A stretch of DNA of 64,000 nt from Candidatus Latescibacterota bacterium (GCA_965222075.1 OZ244937.1:256001-320000); one strand, 5' to 3'; shown: positions 10,039-21,165, numbered from the stretch's first letter. Program-made: numbers and translations. The notes: generated by a model not told the origin, from the letters alone.

Positions 10039-11493
10039 ATGAACGTTGTCTACATTGTCTGCGATCGACACAATGCGGAGTTCGCCGGCTGTTACGGAAA
10101 TTCCACGATTCGGACGCCGAATATCGACAGCCTCGCCGAGCGGGGCGTCCGGTTCGAGAGTGTCTATTGCGTGAGTCCGTTGTGCGCGGCCTCCCGGGCA
10201 GCGATGATGAGCGGGCGGTACGCCCACGAGATCGGGAGCTGGGACAATGCCTTTGCCTACACGGGGATTCCCCGTGGATGGGGCCACTATTTCCAGGAAG
10301 AGGGAGTTCGTCTGACCACGGTGGGTAAGTTGGATTTTCACCCTAGAGCCGATCATGGGGTGGAAGAAGAACGGATGGGTATGCATCGGGAGAGCCTGGA
10401 TATCCTTTCTTTGTTCCGGGAAGAGGAGATTCAGCCGCGGTATATGTACCTGCACCGGCTGAGGGCGGCGGGGCCGGCATCTGGAAGACCGACAAAAGAC
10501 ACGCAGGTGGCAGAAGAGGCGGTGCGGTGGATCCGGGAGGATCGTCCGACGGACCGGTCCTGGGTCCTGGTGATCAATTTCAACGGGATTCACCGTTGGA
10601 CGCCGCCGAAGGAACTCTGGGATTATTACCATGCGCTGATCCGGCTGGAGGATCTGGACGAGCGGTATACTGAGGATCTGAATCGGCTCCATCCTTATCA
10701 GCGGATCTATACCCGGCACTGCTGCGGCGACCTGATGACGCTTGAGGAGGTGCGGAGGGGGCTGGTGGGATACCACGGGATGTGCGAGGCGATGGACCGG
10801 GACGTAGGGCGCGTGCTGCGCGGTCTGGAGGATACCGGATTGCTAGAGGAGACGCTGGTGGTCTACGCGTCGGACCACGGGGGCAGCTGCGGGGCACACC
10901 GGAACCTGGACTATGCGGATATGTACGAGAGCTCGATCCGGGTACCGCTGATCGTCGCCGGGCCGGGGGTCCGGCCGGGGGGGGTGGAGCGCACGCCGGT
11001 TTCGACGCTGGATATCTTTCCAACCCTCTGTGAGGCCGCGAGGGCAGAACTGCCGATGCATATGCGCGGCACGTCTCTGTGGGGGCTGGTCCGGGGAACG
11101 ACGGATGCGCCAAGGCCCGCGTTCGCGCTTTCAGAGTACCATGGGGCGGGGTTTCCGGCAAGTATCTTTGCCGTCCGGTCCGAGATGCACAAGTACGTGG
11201 AGTGCGTGGGGGAGCGGCCGATGCTGTTCGATCTGGAGGTGGACCCACTGGAGATGCACGACCTGGTGCTGGAACGTCCGGAGGATCCGGAGGTGGCAAT
11301 GACGATCCGGCGGCTGCGAAGAATGCTGTGCGAGATCTGTTCGCCTGAGGCGGTGGACGCGCGGGCAAAAGCGGACCAGCGGCGGTTGCGGGAGGAGCTG
11401 AAGGTGAGTGGGCGGTTGGTCGAGGAGATGTGGCGGCGAGGGTATGAACGCAACTCCGACCGGCTGGTCCCCCGGCCGGAAGAACTGCCATAG
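10039..11493 (+). CDS. S1 family sulfatase, paralogue 2
   Basis: CAASRAAMMSG (CxAxR variant), SDHG; collinear with 2267..3727. Confidence 0.9.
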   Translation: MNVVYIVCDRHNAEFAGCYGNSTIRTPNIDSLAERGVRFESVYCVSPLCAASRAAMMSGRYAHEIGSWDNAFAYTGIPRGWGHYFQEEGVRLTTVGKLDFHPRADHGVEEERMGMHRESLDILSLFREEEIQPRYMYLHRLRAAGPASGRPTKDTQVAEEAVRWIREDRPTDRSWVLVINFNGIHRWTPPKELWDYYHALIRLEDLDERYTEDLNRLHPYQRIYTRHCCGDLMTLEEVRRGLVGYHGMCEAMDRDVGRVLRGLEDTGLLEETLVVYASDHGGSCGAHRNLDYADMYESSIRVPLIVAGPGVRPGGVERTPVSTLDIFPTLCEAARAELPMHMRGTSLWGLVRGTTDAPRPAFALSEYHGAGFPASIFAVRSEMHKYVECVGERPMLFDLEVDPLEMHDLVLERPEDPEVAMTIRRLRRMLCEICSPEAVDARAKADQRRLREELKVSGRLVEEMWRRGYERNSDRLVPRPEELP

Positions 11494-11499
11494 GGATCA

Positions 11500-12687
11500 A
11501 TGTCCACTGCTCCGCAATCGAGAGGCGCCATGTCGAAAATCGACCGACCATTCAGGCTGTGGGCCATTTCCTGCGCGCACGTGGGCTCGGACCTGCGGCG
11601 CGGCCCGAGCCCAAGGGAGAGCCTGGCCGAGGCGATTCGACAGTCCGAGTATGGTGGCGATGAGGGAGGACCGGGCTTCGAGTGGGATATCGCAGTGAAT
11701 ATGGGAGACCTGAGCGGGGCGCTGAGGGACACTCCCGACGACGAGGAAGGCAAGGAGGTGGTGCGGCAGTACGGGGCGCTCCGGAAGCACCGCCGGGAGG
11801 ACATGTACGACATCTGCGGCAACCACGACCGGAACGCGACCTGGCAGCCGGAGGGGGAGTGGTTCCAGAAGTGGGCCGACCCGGTGGGGGTAAACACAGA
11901 ATTTTCGGGCGTTGATCCGGAAAGGCGGCCATACCCGGTCTACGGGACGTGGGAGCGTTACGAGTTTCGCGTGGGCAACCTGCTGTTTTTGATGATGAGC
12001 GACCGGAATGAGCCGACGCGGAAGATAGGGCGCGAGGTTCTTGGAGGCAATCCGGGTGGGGTGGTGACGGGAGAGACCTACCGGTGGTGGGTTCGGCGGG
12101 TGGAGGCCAACCGGGACGTGCTGATCCTGACGGCGCATCACTATATGCTGCGGGATACGACGGTGGCGTCGGGCAGGTGGGAGGGGGTGAAGATGGATCA
12201 GAAGCTAACGGCCTCTGAAGGGGCGAACCGCGAGGAGGCGGCCCGAACCCGGGCCCGGTACCACGGCGCCCCCAGGCTCGGCACCCCGCAGGGGGCATCC
12301 TACCTCTACTGGGTGGACAGCATACCGGATGCCGGTTTGTTCGAGCGGTACCTGGAGGAGCACCCCGGGGCAATCAATCTCTGGCTGGGTGGGCACACCC
12401 ACACGCACCCGGACGACACCTACGGGGGCAAGTCGCATATCGAGCGGAAGTGGGGTGTGAACTTCATCAATGTCGCTCAGCTCTCCAGATACCACGTTGG
12501 TCCTGAACGCTGCATTCCTCCCATGAGTCGATTGCTTACCTTCACACCGGGCAGCGACGAGGTGAAGGTGCAGTGCTATCTGCACGCGAGTGATCACGCC
12601 CCGCAAGGGTGGTATGAAAAGGCCGAGAGAACATTGAAGCTGTCAAAGGCCTTCCGTTGGTGGGACAGGGAGAATGAAATACAATGA
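11500..12687 (+). CDS. calcineurin-like metallophosphoesterase
   Basis: SCAH, GDLS, GNHD, AHH, GHTH motifs. Confidence 0.75.
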   Translation: MSTAPQSRGAMSKIDRPFRLWAISCAHVGSDLRRGPSPRESLAEAIRQSEYGGDEGGPGFEWDIAVNMGDLSGALRDTPDDEEGKEVVRQYGALRKHRREDMYDICGNHDRNATWQPEGEWFQKWADPVGVNTEFSGVDPERRPYPVYGTWERYEFRVGNLLFLMMSDRNEPTRKIGREVLGGNPGGVVTGETYRWWVRRVEANRDVLILTAHHYMLRDTTVASGRWEGVKMDQKLTASEGANREEAARTRARYHGAPRLGTPQGASYLYWVDSIPDAGLFERYLEEHPGAINLWLGGHTHTHPDDTYGGKSHIERKWGVNFINVAQLSRYHVGPERCIPPMSRLLTFTPGSDEVKVQCYLHASDHAPQGWYEKAERTLKLSKAFRWWDRENEIQ

Positions 12688-12843
12688 ATCGCAGGAAACC
12701 TGAGCCTGACGTGGCGGTAATCGTGATGGTGTGCGTAGACGCCGCCGCCACGGCCTCGGGGACGTTTCAAAGTCACAACCAGAAGGTGGAGGTGGAGGAG
12801 CGATGACCGGGATGGTTGTTGGGTAAACAACCGGGAGCAGGCA

Positions 12844-15594
12844 ATGGCTGCGGAGGGGAGATCGCTGTCGCTGTTCGTGCAGGAGTTCGACGGGCTCGCG
12901 CGCCCTGGCGAGCTTGCCGGAGGAGGCATCCCGCTGCCGGACGGGTTCGCCGGGGATACGGGGGAGATGACCTTGATGGATGGCTCCGGCGAGATCCGCC
13001 CGGCGCAGTTTTGGGCAATGGGCCGCTGGCCGTCCGGGTGTATCCAGTGGTTGTACGTGCAGACGCCGGTGAGCCTGGAGGCGCACAAGCGGTTGGGGAT
13101 GAAGCTGGCAGCTCAAGAGGGCGCTCCTGTGCCGGAGCCCCGGGTGCGGGTTACGCAGGATGCTGGGAAGATCGTTCTGGAGAACCGCTACGTGCGGGTG
13201 CTCCTGCCGACACAGCGTTTCGGGTTTCCGGGAGGGGTCTCTTTCGATTCCGAGGGCAAATGGAACTTCAGCCCGGGGATCATGGCCGTTCGGGAGGCGC
13301 GGTTGCTGGCGGAGGACAGCGAGGGGACGGCATTCTCCTGGGGAGAGGATGAGTCGGTGGAGGCCATTGTGGAGGAAGACGGGCCACTGCGGGCGATCGT
13401 ACGGTTGGCACGGGGGGTCCGGCCCCCTTACGCGGAACAGTCGCTTGATCTGGTAGTACGGGTGTACCTGGAGGGGGACTGCCCGGCCTTGAGGATCGAG
13501 ATGACCTACATCAACACCGAGGGCTGCGGAGAACTGGAGGATCTTCGGGATATCCAGCAAAAGAGGCTGGGACTGCGGCGGCGCCCGGGAAACACAGATC
13601 GGCCCACGCGTGGGATCAAGAGGATAGGGCGTCTGGGATATACCGTGGAGATAGCCGGGGCAGACGGAGGGGTGGTGTTCGGTGGGGACGGGGACGTGGA
13701 GCTGATTGCAAAGACGGCGAAGGCAGCGCTGGTCCAGGACCGGGTCGATCGCTACTGGTTCGATGGGAGCGGGGGGCGTTGCGCCGGGGGGTGGGTGGGA
13801 GTGCCGGGCGCGCAGGGAGAGGTGTTGCTGGCGGGGCGGGATTTCCGGGAGCAGTTTCCGAAGGGAATCCGTTGGGACCGGGAGGCCGGCCGGGCGACGC
13901 TGGAGTTCTGGCCACCGGAGGCGGGGCCGCTGGACTTCTACCCTGGATGGGCGAAGACGCACGAGGTGTTGGTGGGGTTTCCCCGGGACGGTGCAGAGCG
14001 CGCGGCGCTGCTGACAGGCTTCCGTGCGCCGCTGCGCCTCTGCCCCACCTCTGACGCCTACCTGGAGAGCGGAGCGGTGGACCCTTTCATCGAACCGGAC
14101 TGGGCACGCTGGCCGCTGTTCGAGTGCGCTGTGGGCGACAGCTTCGCACAGGCGGTGGCCGCACAGAACTTCGGGGAGATCGATTATGGGGACCGGTACA
14201 TCGCCGAAGGCGAGCGCTACCACAACGGCTATCATGCACCGGACCAGGAGTGGCTGATCCACTACCAGCGCACAGGAGACGAACGGTATTTCCGGCTGGC
14301 GCGCCCGATGGTACGGCACCGGATGGATATCGACGTGCTGCACTGGCCGCCAGAGGACGCCGGGAGGTGCCACGCGGAGTACAATGTGAATCATTGGACA
14401 CCGGGCCGGCAGATCAAGGCGTGGATCGAGGGGCTGGCCATGTACGCGCTGATGGCTGGCGACCGGCGGGTGCGGGAGGTGATCGCCGAGTGCGGGGGGT
14501 GGCTGGCCAGAAACCCGGCGTTCACGAACGAGCGGGCGAGTTCGATCCCGGTGATGGCATTGTCCCACTGCTATCGGGTGGTGAACGACCCGGCGTATCT
14601 GGAGACGGCCCGGCGGATCGTAGACCATCTCTACCCGCTGGTCATGGCCGGCGAGTACGTACGCACGCCGTTCATGGTGGGGCACCTGGTCGACGGGCTG
14701 CACTGGTACTGGCGCCATACCGGCGACGGGCGGGCAGTGGAGATGGTCGTACGGGCGGGACGGTGGATGCACGAGGTCTGCATTGGGCTGACTGGAATGC
14801 CTTATTACACGGGACGCACGGACGCGCGCTTCCCCGCGGAACGGAAGGCATTTCGGTCCCAGTACTGGGCGCAGAACCGGGTCTATGTGTGGGCCACGGG
14901 GGAGGTGTCCACGCCGTCGGCCCGTGCCTGCCTGCTGAGCGGAGACCGGGAGTTGCTCCGGTTCACGACAAATGTTCTGGACAGCTGGATTCGCTATTAC
15001 TGGGGAGGTGGACGCGGTGGGTACCAGGGCTGTGCTCTGGCTGTTTATGCCCTGGATTCCGCTGGCCTGACAGAGGCCGACCTGGCGCAGGCCCCGCCCG
15101 GGGTGGACGTGGACGAGGCAGTGGCACGGGTGCGCGAGTACGTAGCCGATCCGCCCGAGGAGGACAACGCGGCGCCGGGACTACTTCTCGAACTCGGCCG
15201 GTTTCTGCTGAACGCTGGCCAGGCGGAGCGGGGGCTGGAGGTGCTCAGGGAGCTGGGTGCGGCCTGTCTGGCCGGAATCTTGACGCGGTCTGAGGAGGAC
15301 GAACACCTTCACGAACGTCACGACAGAGACCTGGCGCTGGGGACGGTGTACGATCAGGTGGAGGCCCGGCTGGCGGCAGCGGTGGGGCAGATGGATCGGG
15401 CCGAGTCTACGCTCCTGCGGCTGATCGGCCGCTATCCGGGGGCGGACCCGGAGGACGTGCTCTCACCCGGCCACTTTCGCGTCGCGGCGGCCTGCTGGCA
15501 GCTTGCGGGGCTCTACGCGAGGGCGGACCGGACAGACCGGGCTGATGCGTATCGGAAGCAGGCGAGGCGATATGTTGGGGTACACTTCGTTTGA
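12844..15594 (+). CDS. large exo-rhamnogalacturonan-lyase-like (YetA/PcRGLX-type) protein
   Basis: N-terminal GIPLPDG...RWPSGCIQW; GEIDYGD; QRTGDERYF...RHRMDIDV. Confidence 0.55.
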   Translation: MAAEGRSLSLFVQEFDGLARPGELAGGGIPLPDGFAGDTGEMTLMDGSGEIRPAQFWAMGRWPSGCIQWLYVQTPVSLEAHKRLGMKLAAQEGAPVPEPRVRVTQDAGKIVLENRYVRVLLPTQRFGFPGGVSFDSEGKWNFSPGIMAVREARLLAEDSEGTAFSWGEDESVEAIVEEDGPLRAIVRLARGVRPPYAEQSLDLVVRVYLEGDCPALRIEMTYINTEGCGELEDLRDIQQKRLGLRRRPGNTDRPTRGIKRIGRLGYTVEIAGADGGVVFGGDGDVELIAKTAKAALVQDRVDRYWFDGSGGRCAGGWVGVPGAQGEVLLAGRDFREQFPKGIRWDREAGRATLEFWPPEAGPLDFYPGWAKTHEVLVGFPRDGAERAALLTGFRAPLRLCPTSDAYLESGAVDPFIEPDWARWPLFECAVGDSFAQAVAAQNFGEIDYGDRYIAEGERYHNGYHAPDQEWLIHYQRTGDERYFRLARPMVRHRMDIDVLHWPPEDAGRCHAEYNVNHWTPGRQIKAWIEGLAMYALMAGDRRVREVIAECGGWLARNPAFTNERASSIPVMALSHCYRVVNDPAYLETARRIVDHLYPLVMAGEYVRTPFMVGHLVDGLHWYWRHTGDGRAVEMVVRAGRWMHEVCIGLTGMPYYTGRTDARFPAERKAFRSQYWAQNRVYVWATGEVSTPSARACLLSGDRELLRFTTNVLDSWIRYYWGGGRGGYQGCALAVYALDSAGLTEADLAQAPPGVDVDEAVARVREYVADPPEEDNAAPGLLLELGRFLLNAGQAERGLEVLRELGAACLAGILTRSEEDEHLHERHDRDLALGTVYDQVEARLAAAVGQMDRAESTLLRLIGRYPGADPEDVLSPGHFRVAAACWQLAGLYARADRTDRADAYRKQARRYVGVHFV

Positions 15595-15648
15595 GGCGGG
15601 CTGAAAGGGTTTTGAGATGTGTCTGAGTTTCTCCGAGAAGGAGACACA

Positions 15649-16503
15649 ATGGCTCGGTACGATCCGATATACGTCCACTACATCCAGGAGATTACCAGGC
15701 TCCACCTCTGGTATGTGCACAAGGCCATTCGGGAGGAGGAGGTCGCTTTCGAAGATGTGGTGAACAGGCGGGTGAATATCTACCGGAATACGTCGCTCTA
15801 CGACGGGAAGCGCCATCCATCAAAGGAGGATGTGGGGCCGGAGTGGGGGGAGGTCCTGAAGCGGCTGAAGGAGATCTATGACCGTCATTGGGACGATCCG
15901 TCCACGGAACAGTTCGAGGCGGAGGGGCTGGACCTGCTCTGGCCCTACCTGGACGCGCGCATCCGGCGGGAGGGCGACCCGCTGGAGAAGCTGAAGGAGA
16001 CGGACCGGCCCTACGAGTGCTGGTCTCAGGACTACAGGGGGGATCGGAACAACATCCACATCGACAATCTCTACCGGCCGAAGTCGCCGCTGAGTGAGAT
16101 GTTGATTCCGTTTGCGGCGTCTCTGATCCGGCTGCTGCGCGACTCACAGGCACAGCGGCCCGATATCAAGATCGTCCGCTGCGGGAGCTGGATGAATTCT
16201 CTGCCTCCATTTCAGAAGCTGTTTCCAAGGAGCTGGATGGAGAGCTCCGTAGAGAGGCGGGAGATCGGCTATTCCTACGGGCACTGGGGGCAGTTCCAGG
16301 ACCGGCGGGGGGACTTCCACGCGCGGAACGGAGCGCGGTTCCGGGAGACTGGGGAACTGCCGTTCCCCAGTCTGAGCTGTGAGTGCCCGATCGAGGAGGC
16401 CCTGGACCACCTGAAGGCGCGCTTTCCGGAGGACGTGAAGTACAACCGTGAAAGAGCCCCCTACGAACGGGTGAGCGGGGGCGAAGACGACTTTCAAAGG
16501 TGA
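15649..16503 (+). CDS. hypothetical protein
   Basis: AAGGAGA RBS; typical codon usage; CGSW..WGQF motif. Confidence 0.7.
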   Translation: MARYDPIYVHYIQEITRLHLWYVHKAIREEEVAFEDVVNRRVNIYRNTSLYDGKRHPSKEDVGPEWGEVLKRLKEIYDRHWDDPSTEQFEAEGLDLLWPYLDARIRREGDPLEKLKETDRPYECWSQDYRGDRNNIHIDNLYRPKSPLSEMLIPFAASLIRLLRDSQAQRPDIKIVRCGSWMNSLPPFQKLFPRSWMESSVERREIGYSYGHWGQFQDRRGDFHARNGARFRETGELPFPSLSCECPIEEALDHLKARFPEDVKYNRERAPYERVSGGEDDFQR

Positions 16504-16544
16504 AAGAGGAGCGACTGCGTTTCATCCACGTCAGGAGAGGTTGT

Positions 16545-18008
16545 GTGAACACAGTTTACATTCTGAGCGACCAGCACAACGCGGAGTACGCCGGCTGCTA
16601 CGGCAGTCCGATCACGCGGACGCCCAGCATCGACAGCATCGCCGAACGGGGCACGCGGTTCGAGAGCGCCTACTGCGTCAGCCCGATCTGCGCGCCCACC
16701 CGGGCCTCGATGATCACCGGACGCTACGTCCACGAGATCGGCACATGGGACAACGCCTTTTTCTACACGGGCGTCCCCCGGGGGTGGGGGCACTTTTTCG
16801 CCGAGCAGGGGGTGCAGTTGACCACGGTGGGCAAGCTGGACTTCCAGCCGGGCGCCGACCACGGCATCGAAGATGCGCGTCTGTCTTTGCACCGGGAGAA
16901 TTTGGATGTGCACGGCCTGTTCCGCGAACAGGAGATCCTGCCGCGCCTTCAGTTCCTGCCCATGCACCGCGCCACCGGCCCGGCCGATTCGCTGACGGCG
17001 TACGCCCACGACATTCAGGTGGCGGAGGCGGCGGCCCGCTGGCTGGCGGAAGAGCGGCCGGCCGACCGGCCTTGGCTGCTGATTGTCAATTTCAACGACC
17101 TCCACCGCCCCTGGAATCCGCCGGTGGAGATCTGGGATTATTACGATCCTCTAATCCGGCTGGAGGACTTGGACGAGCGGTTTACCGAGGATCGGTCGCG
17201 CCTCCATCCCTACCATCGGGCCTACGCCCGCCATCACTTGGGCGAGCATTTGGATTTCAACGATGTGCGGCGCGCGCTTGTGGGCTATCACGGCTCCTGC
17301 GAGGTGCTAGACCGCAACGTCGGCCGCGTGCTGGAGGCCTTAGAGCGTGCGGGAGTTCGGGAGGAGACCCTAATCGTCTACGCATCGGACCACGGGGGGA
17401 CCTGCGGGGAGCACAGGAACTGGGACCACGGGGCGATATACGAGGAGTCGATCCGGATTCCGCTCGTTGTTTCCGGCCCGGGGGTCCGGGCCGGTGAGGT
17501 GGTATCAACGCCCGTTTCAGCGCTGGATGTTTTCCCCACACTCTGCGAGGCGGTGGGGCTGGATCTGCCGGTGCATATGCGGGGGGTATCCCTGATGGGC
17601 CTTCTTAGGGGCGAGCCGGATGCGCCCAGGCCCGCATTCTGCCTCAGCGAGTATCACGCCAACGGCTTTCCCGGCAGTGTCTTCGCCCTCCGTTCGGGGC
17701 GGTACAAGTTCGTCGAATGCGTGGGCGAACGCCCGATGCTCTTCGATCTGGAGGAGGACCCGCACGAGATGCACGACCTGATCGTGGAGCGGCCAGAGGA
17801 CCCCGACGTGGTGGCGACGGTGCGGCGGCTGAGGCGGATGCTCTGCGAGGTGTGTTCTCCCGAAGCGGTGGATGCGCGGGCCAAGGCGGACCAGCGGAGG
17901 CGCCGGCAGGAGTTGGCCGAGAGCGGCCAACTGTTTGAGGAGATGTGGAAGCGGGGGTATGAGCGGAATCCGGACCGACTGGTGTACCGCCCGGAGTTCC
18001 TGCCATAA
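16545..18008 (+). CDS. S1 family sulfatase, paralogue 3
   Basis: CAPTRASMITG (CxPxR), SDHG; GTG start aligned with the paralogues. Confidence 0.9.
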   Translation: MNTVYILSDQHNAEYAGCYGSPITRTPSIDSIAERGTRFESAYCVSPICAPTRASMITGRYVHEIGTWDNAFFYTGVPRGWGHFFAEQGVQLTTVGKLDFQPGADHGIEDARLSLHRENLDVHGLFREQEILPRLQFLPMHRATGPADSLTAYAHDIQVAEAAARWLAEERPADRPWLLIVNFNDLHRPWNPPVEIWDYYDPLIRLEDLDERFTEDRSRLHPYHRAYARHHLGEHLDFNDVRRALVGYHGSCEVLDRNVGRVLEALERAGVREETLIVYASDHGGTCGEHRNWDHGAIYEESIRIPLVVSGPGVRAGEVVSTPVSALDVFPTLCEAVGLDLPVHMRGVSLMGLLRGEPDAPRPAFCLSEYHANGFPGSVFALRSGRYKFVECVGERPMLFDLEEDPHEMHDLIVERPEDPDVVATVRRLRRMLCEVCSPEAVDARAKADQRRRRQELAESGQLFEEMWKRGYERNPDRLVYRPEFLP

Positions 18009-18031
18009 GGTTTGTCCCGTCTAAATCCTGG

Positions 18032-20050
18032 ATGGAGATCGCAATGGGACGATCCGTTCCTTCAAACGAAGACGCGGCTGTACTGGAGACCTTGCTGGGC
18101 CGGCAGATCATCAGCCCCCGTCTGGTCCGGAGGGAGATCCAGACCTCTGCAGAGTCCCGCATCCCGGCGGTGCCGACCTTTGAGGATGCGGTCGGCTGGA
18201 GGGAGTACGCGGAGCGCCTGCGGCAGGAGATCCTGGACAAGGTGGTGCTGCGCGGCGAGGGGGCCGCGTGGCGCAACGCGGTGGCTCAGGTGGAGTGGTT
18301 GGACCCGATTGAGGGAGGACCGGGTTACCGCATCCGTAAGCTGCGTTATGAGGCCGTGCCCGGGCTGTGGATCCCGGCGCTGCTCTACGAGCCAGAATCC
18401 CTCTCGGGACGGGTGCCTGCCGTGCTCAACGTGAACGGGCACGAGAAGATCGGGAAGGCTGTCCCATACAAGCAGATCCGCTGCATCAACCTGGCCAGGC
18501 GAGGTATGCTGGCTCTGAACGTAGAGTGGATCGGGATGGGACAGCTGCAGGTACTCGGGCTGCTGCACCGCCGTCAGACCCAGCTCGACCTGTGCGGCAC
18601 GAGCGGCTTGGCCCCGTTCTACCTGTCCCTGGTGCGCGGGCTGGACCTGCTGCTGTCTCTGGAACACATCGACCCTGAGCGCGTGGCGGTGGCCGGACTG
18701 TCCGGCGGTGGCTGGCAGACGATTTTTATCAGCGCGCTGGATACGCGCGTGGCGCTGGCCAACCCGGTGGCGGGGTACGGCAGCCTGCTGACGGGAGTGC
18801 AGTTCGACGACCTGGGGGACGCGGAGCAGTCCCCGTGTGACCTGGCGACGGTAGCTGATTACACCCACCTGACAGCGCTGATGGCCCCGCGGCCGACGCT
18901 GCTGACGAAGAACTCCCGGGATACCTGCTGCTTCCAGGCTCATCACGCGCTGCCCCCGCTGCTAAAGGCCGCCCAGCCGGTTTTCCGGCTCTACGGGAAG
19001 GAGGCCAATCTGCGCTGGCACGTCAACTACGACCCGGGCACGCACAATTTCGAGCGGGAGAACCGGGAGGCGTTCTACCGGATGCTGGGCGATTATTTCT
19101 ATCCGGGAGACCCGTCATTCGACCCGCGGGAGATCGACGTGGAGGACGAAGTCAAGTCGGCAGAGGATCTGCACGTGGACCTGCCGGCGGACAACGCGGA
19201 CTTTCAAAGCCTCGCACTGGCCCTGAGCGAAAAACTGCCTCGCCGCCCGGAGTTGCCCGGAGGCCGGGAGGCGGCGGAGGCGTGGCAGCAGGAGCGCCGG
19301 ACAGAGATGGCTGAACTGGTCCGGGCGGTGCCATTCCGTGTGGAGGCGATCCACGCGGGGGAAGAGGTTCAGGACGGTGTGAAGGCTACGTTCTGGTGGT
19401 TCCGGATGGACGACACCTGGACGGTGCCGGGGGTGGAGCTGGTGCAGGGAGCGCCGTCGGCGACGACGATCCTGGTCGCGGATGAGGGACGCAAGGCCGC
19501 TTCGGCTGAGGTGGAACGGCTGCTGGGGACGGGGCACCGGGTGGTGGCGGTGGATCCATTTTTCGTCGGGGAGTCGGCGTCGATCGCCGGGGAGGACCGG
19601 GCGCCCTGCTTCGCGCTGCTGGTTTCGGCGGTTGGAGGCCGGCCGCTGGGGCTGCAGGCGAGCCAGGTGGCTGCGGTCGCTCGATGGGCGGGGGCGGAGT
19701 ATGGGGGTGCACCGGCGACGGTGGTGGCCCTGGGGCCACGCGCCAGCCTGTTCTCGCTGTTGGCCGCGGGGCTGGAGGAGGTGGCCATCGGTGGGCTGGA
19801 ACTGCACGGCTCGTTCGGCAGCCTAAAGGAGGTGCTCGAGCAGAACGGCTGTGGAGAGCGGACGCCCGAGGTGTTCTGCTTCGGGCTGCTGGAGGCGTTC
19901 GATATCCTGCAGCTTGCGGCCCTGTCTGCCCCCCGCCCGGTGGTGTTCCGCTGGCCGAGCGAGCGGGCCCGGCGGGAGTTGACCGGGCTCAGGCGGTTTT
20001 ATAGTATCCTGGGGGTGGAGTTTCAGCCGCTGCAGAAGGACAGGAGCTGA
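18032..20050 (+). CDS. acetylxylan-esterase-like alpha/beta hydrolase
   Basis: GLSGGG nucleophile elbow; PAVLNVNGH; APRP repeats. Confidence 0.8.
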   Translation: MEIAMGRSVPSNEDAAVLETLLGRQIISPRLVRREIQTSAESRIPAVPTFEDAVGWREYAERLRQEILDKVVLRGEGAAWRNAVAQVEWLDPIEGGPGYRIRKLRYEAVPGLWIPALLYEPESLSGRVPAVLNVNGHEKIGKAVPYKQIRCINLARRGMLALNVEWIGMGQLQVLGLLHRRQTQLDLCGTSGLAPFYLSLVRGLDLLLSLEHIDPERVAVAGLSGGGWQTIFISALDTRVALANPVAGYGSLLTGVQFDDLGDAEQSPCDLATVADYTHLTALMAPRPTLLTKNSRDTCCFQAHHALPPLLKAAQPVFRLYGKEANLRWHVNYDPGTHNFERENREAFYRMLGDYFYPGDPSFDPREIDVEDEVKSAEDLHVDLPADNADFQSLALALSEKLPRRPELPGGREAAEAWQQERRTEMAELVRAVPFRVEAIHAGEEVQDGVKATFWWFRMDDTWTVPGVELVQGAPSATTILVADEGRKAASAEVERLLGTGHRVVAVDPFFVGESASIAGEDRAPCFALLVSAVGGRPLGLQASQVAAVARWAGAEYGGAPATVVALGPRASLFSLLAAGLEEVAIGGLELHGSFGSLKEVLEQNGCGERTPEVFCFGLLEAFDILQLAALSAPRPVVFRWPSERARRELTGLRRFYSILGVEFQPLQKDRS

Positions 20051-20169
20051 CGCAGGGAGAGATGTGGGCAGGGTGTTGTTGGCTCAAATTTACCACAGAC
20101 GCGGCCTCCCGCAGGCACCCGCGCCTCCCGGCCGCAGGGGGGACATAAACCGCAGAAGGAGATCGATCC

Positions 20170-21165
20170 ATGAGCCGATCCGACGCCACCCGAGTGATGC
20201 CCGGACCCCTCCGCGAGATGACCGCCGAGGTCTTCCGGCGGCTGGGCCTGCCCGAAACCGATGCTGAACAGATCGCCGACTGCCTGGTGCGGGTGGACCT
20301 GCGGGGGGTCTTCACCCACGGGACGCGCCAGCTCAGGAACTACGTCAGAGAATACCGCACGGGGGGCTACAACCCCTGCCCCACGGTCCGGCTGCTCCGG
20401 GAGACCTCCGCCTCGGCCCTGTTCGACGGCGACGGGGGCATCGGCTACCTGGTTGTGACCCGGGCGACCGAGAAGGTCATCGAGAAGGCCGAGGCAGAGG
20501 GCATTGCGGTTGCAGGTACCCGCTTTCACGGGCACGTCGGCAGCGCGGGCATCTACGCCCGGACGGCCCTCACCCACGACCTTGTCACCTTCTCCGTGGC
20601 CGGATGGACGCCCTGGCGGCCTCCGGACCTGCCGGATGCCACGGTCTGGGACGCGATACCGTCTCCCCCAATGTGCTTCGGCATCCCCTCGGCCAAGGGC
20701 CCTCCCCTGGTCGTGGACATCAGCGCCAACCTGTTCCTACACTCGGGCTCCCGGTTCCGGAAGCCGGACCACCTGGCGGGTGCGATGCGCGACTATGCCG
20801 AACCGATTATCAAGAGCCTGGGTCTAAAGTTCGCCGCCTCTCTCCTGGGCGGCGTCCTGGCGGGGACCCTGCCTCCTTCCGAACGCGGGGATGCCTATCC
20901 TTCAGCCAGACGGGGCTTCCTGATCGCCGCCTTTCACCCCGATACCGTGGGCGAGTCCGAGGGGTTCAAACAGGAGGTTACCCGGATCATCGCTGAAAGC
21001 CGTGCGCTGGATCCCCTGCCCGGGAAGGAAAGCGCAGAGGTGCCCGGGAGCCTGGAATGGCAGCGGGAGCGGGACTGGGCTTGGGAGGGCATTCCGCTCA
21101 GGTCCGACCACCGGGAGATCCTGGAGAAGATCGCCGGGGAGATGGGCGTCGAAGTACCCTGGTGA
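20170..21165 (+). CDS. Ldh_2 family (malate/L-lactate/sulfolactate-type) dehydrogenase
   Basis: DLRGVFTHG, DGDGGIG, KAEAEGIA, HVGSAGIY, VPG motifs. Confidence 0.85.
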   Translation: MSRSDATRVMPGPLREMTAEVFRRLGLPETDAEQIADCLVRVDLRGVFTHGTRQLRNYVREYRTGGYNPCPTVRLLRETSASALFDGDGGIGYLVVTRATEKVIEKAEAEGIAVAGTRFHGHVGSAGIYARTALTHDLVTFSVAGWTPWRPPDLPDATVWDAIPSPPMCFGIPSAKGPPLVVDISANLFLHSGSRFRKPDHLAGAMRDYAEPIIKSLGLKFAASLLGGVLAGTLPPSERGDAYPSARRGFLIAAFHPDTVGESEGFKQEVTRIIAESRALDPLPGKESAEVPGSLEWQRERDWAWEGIPLRSDHREILEKIAGEMGVEVPW

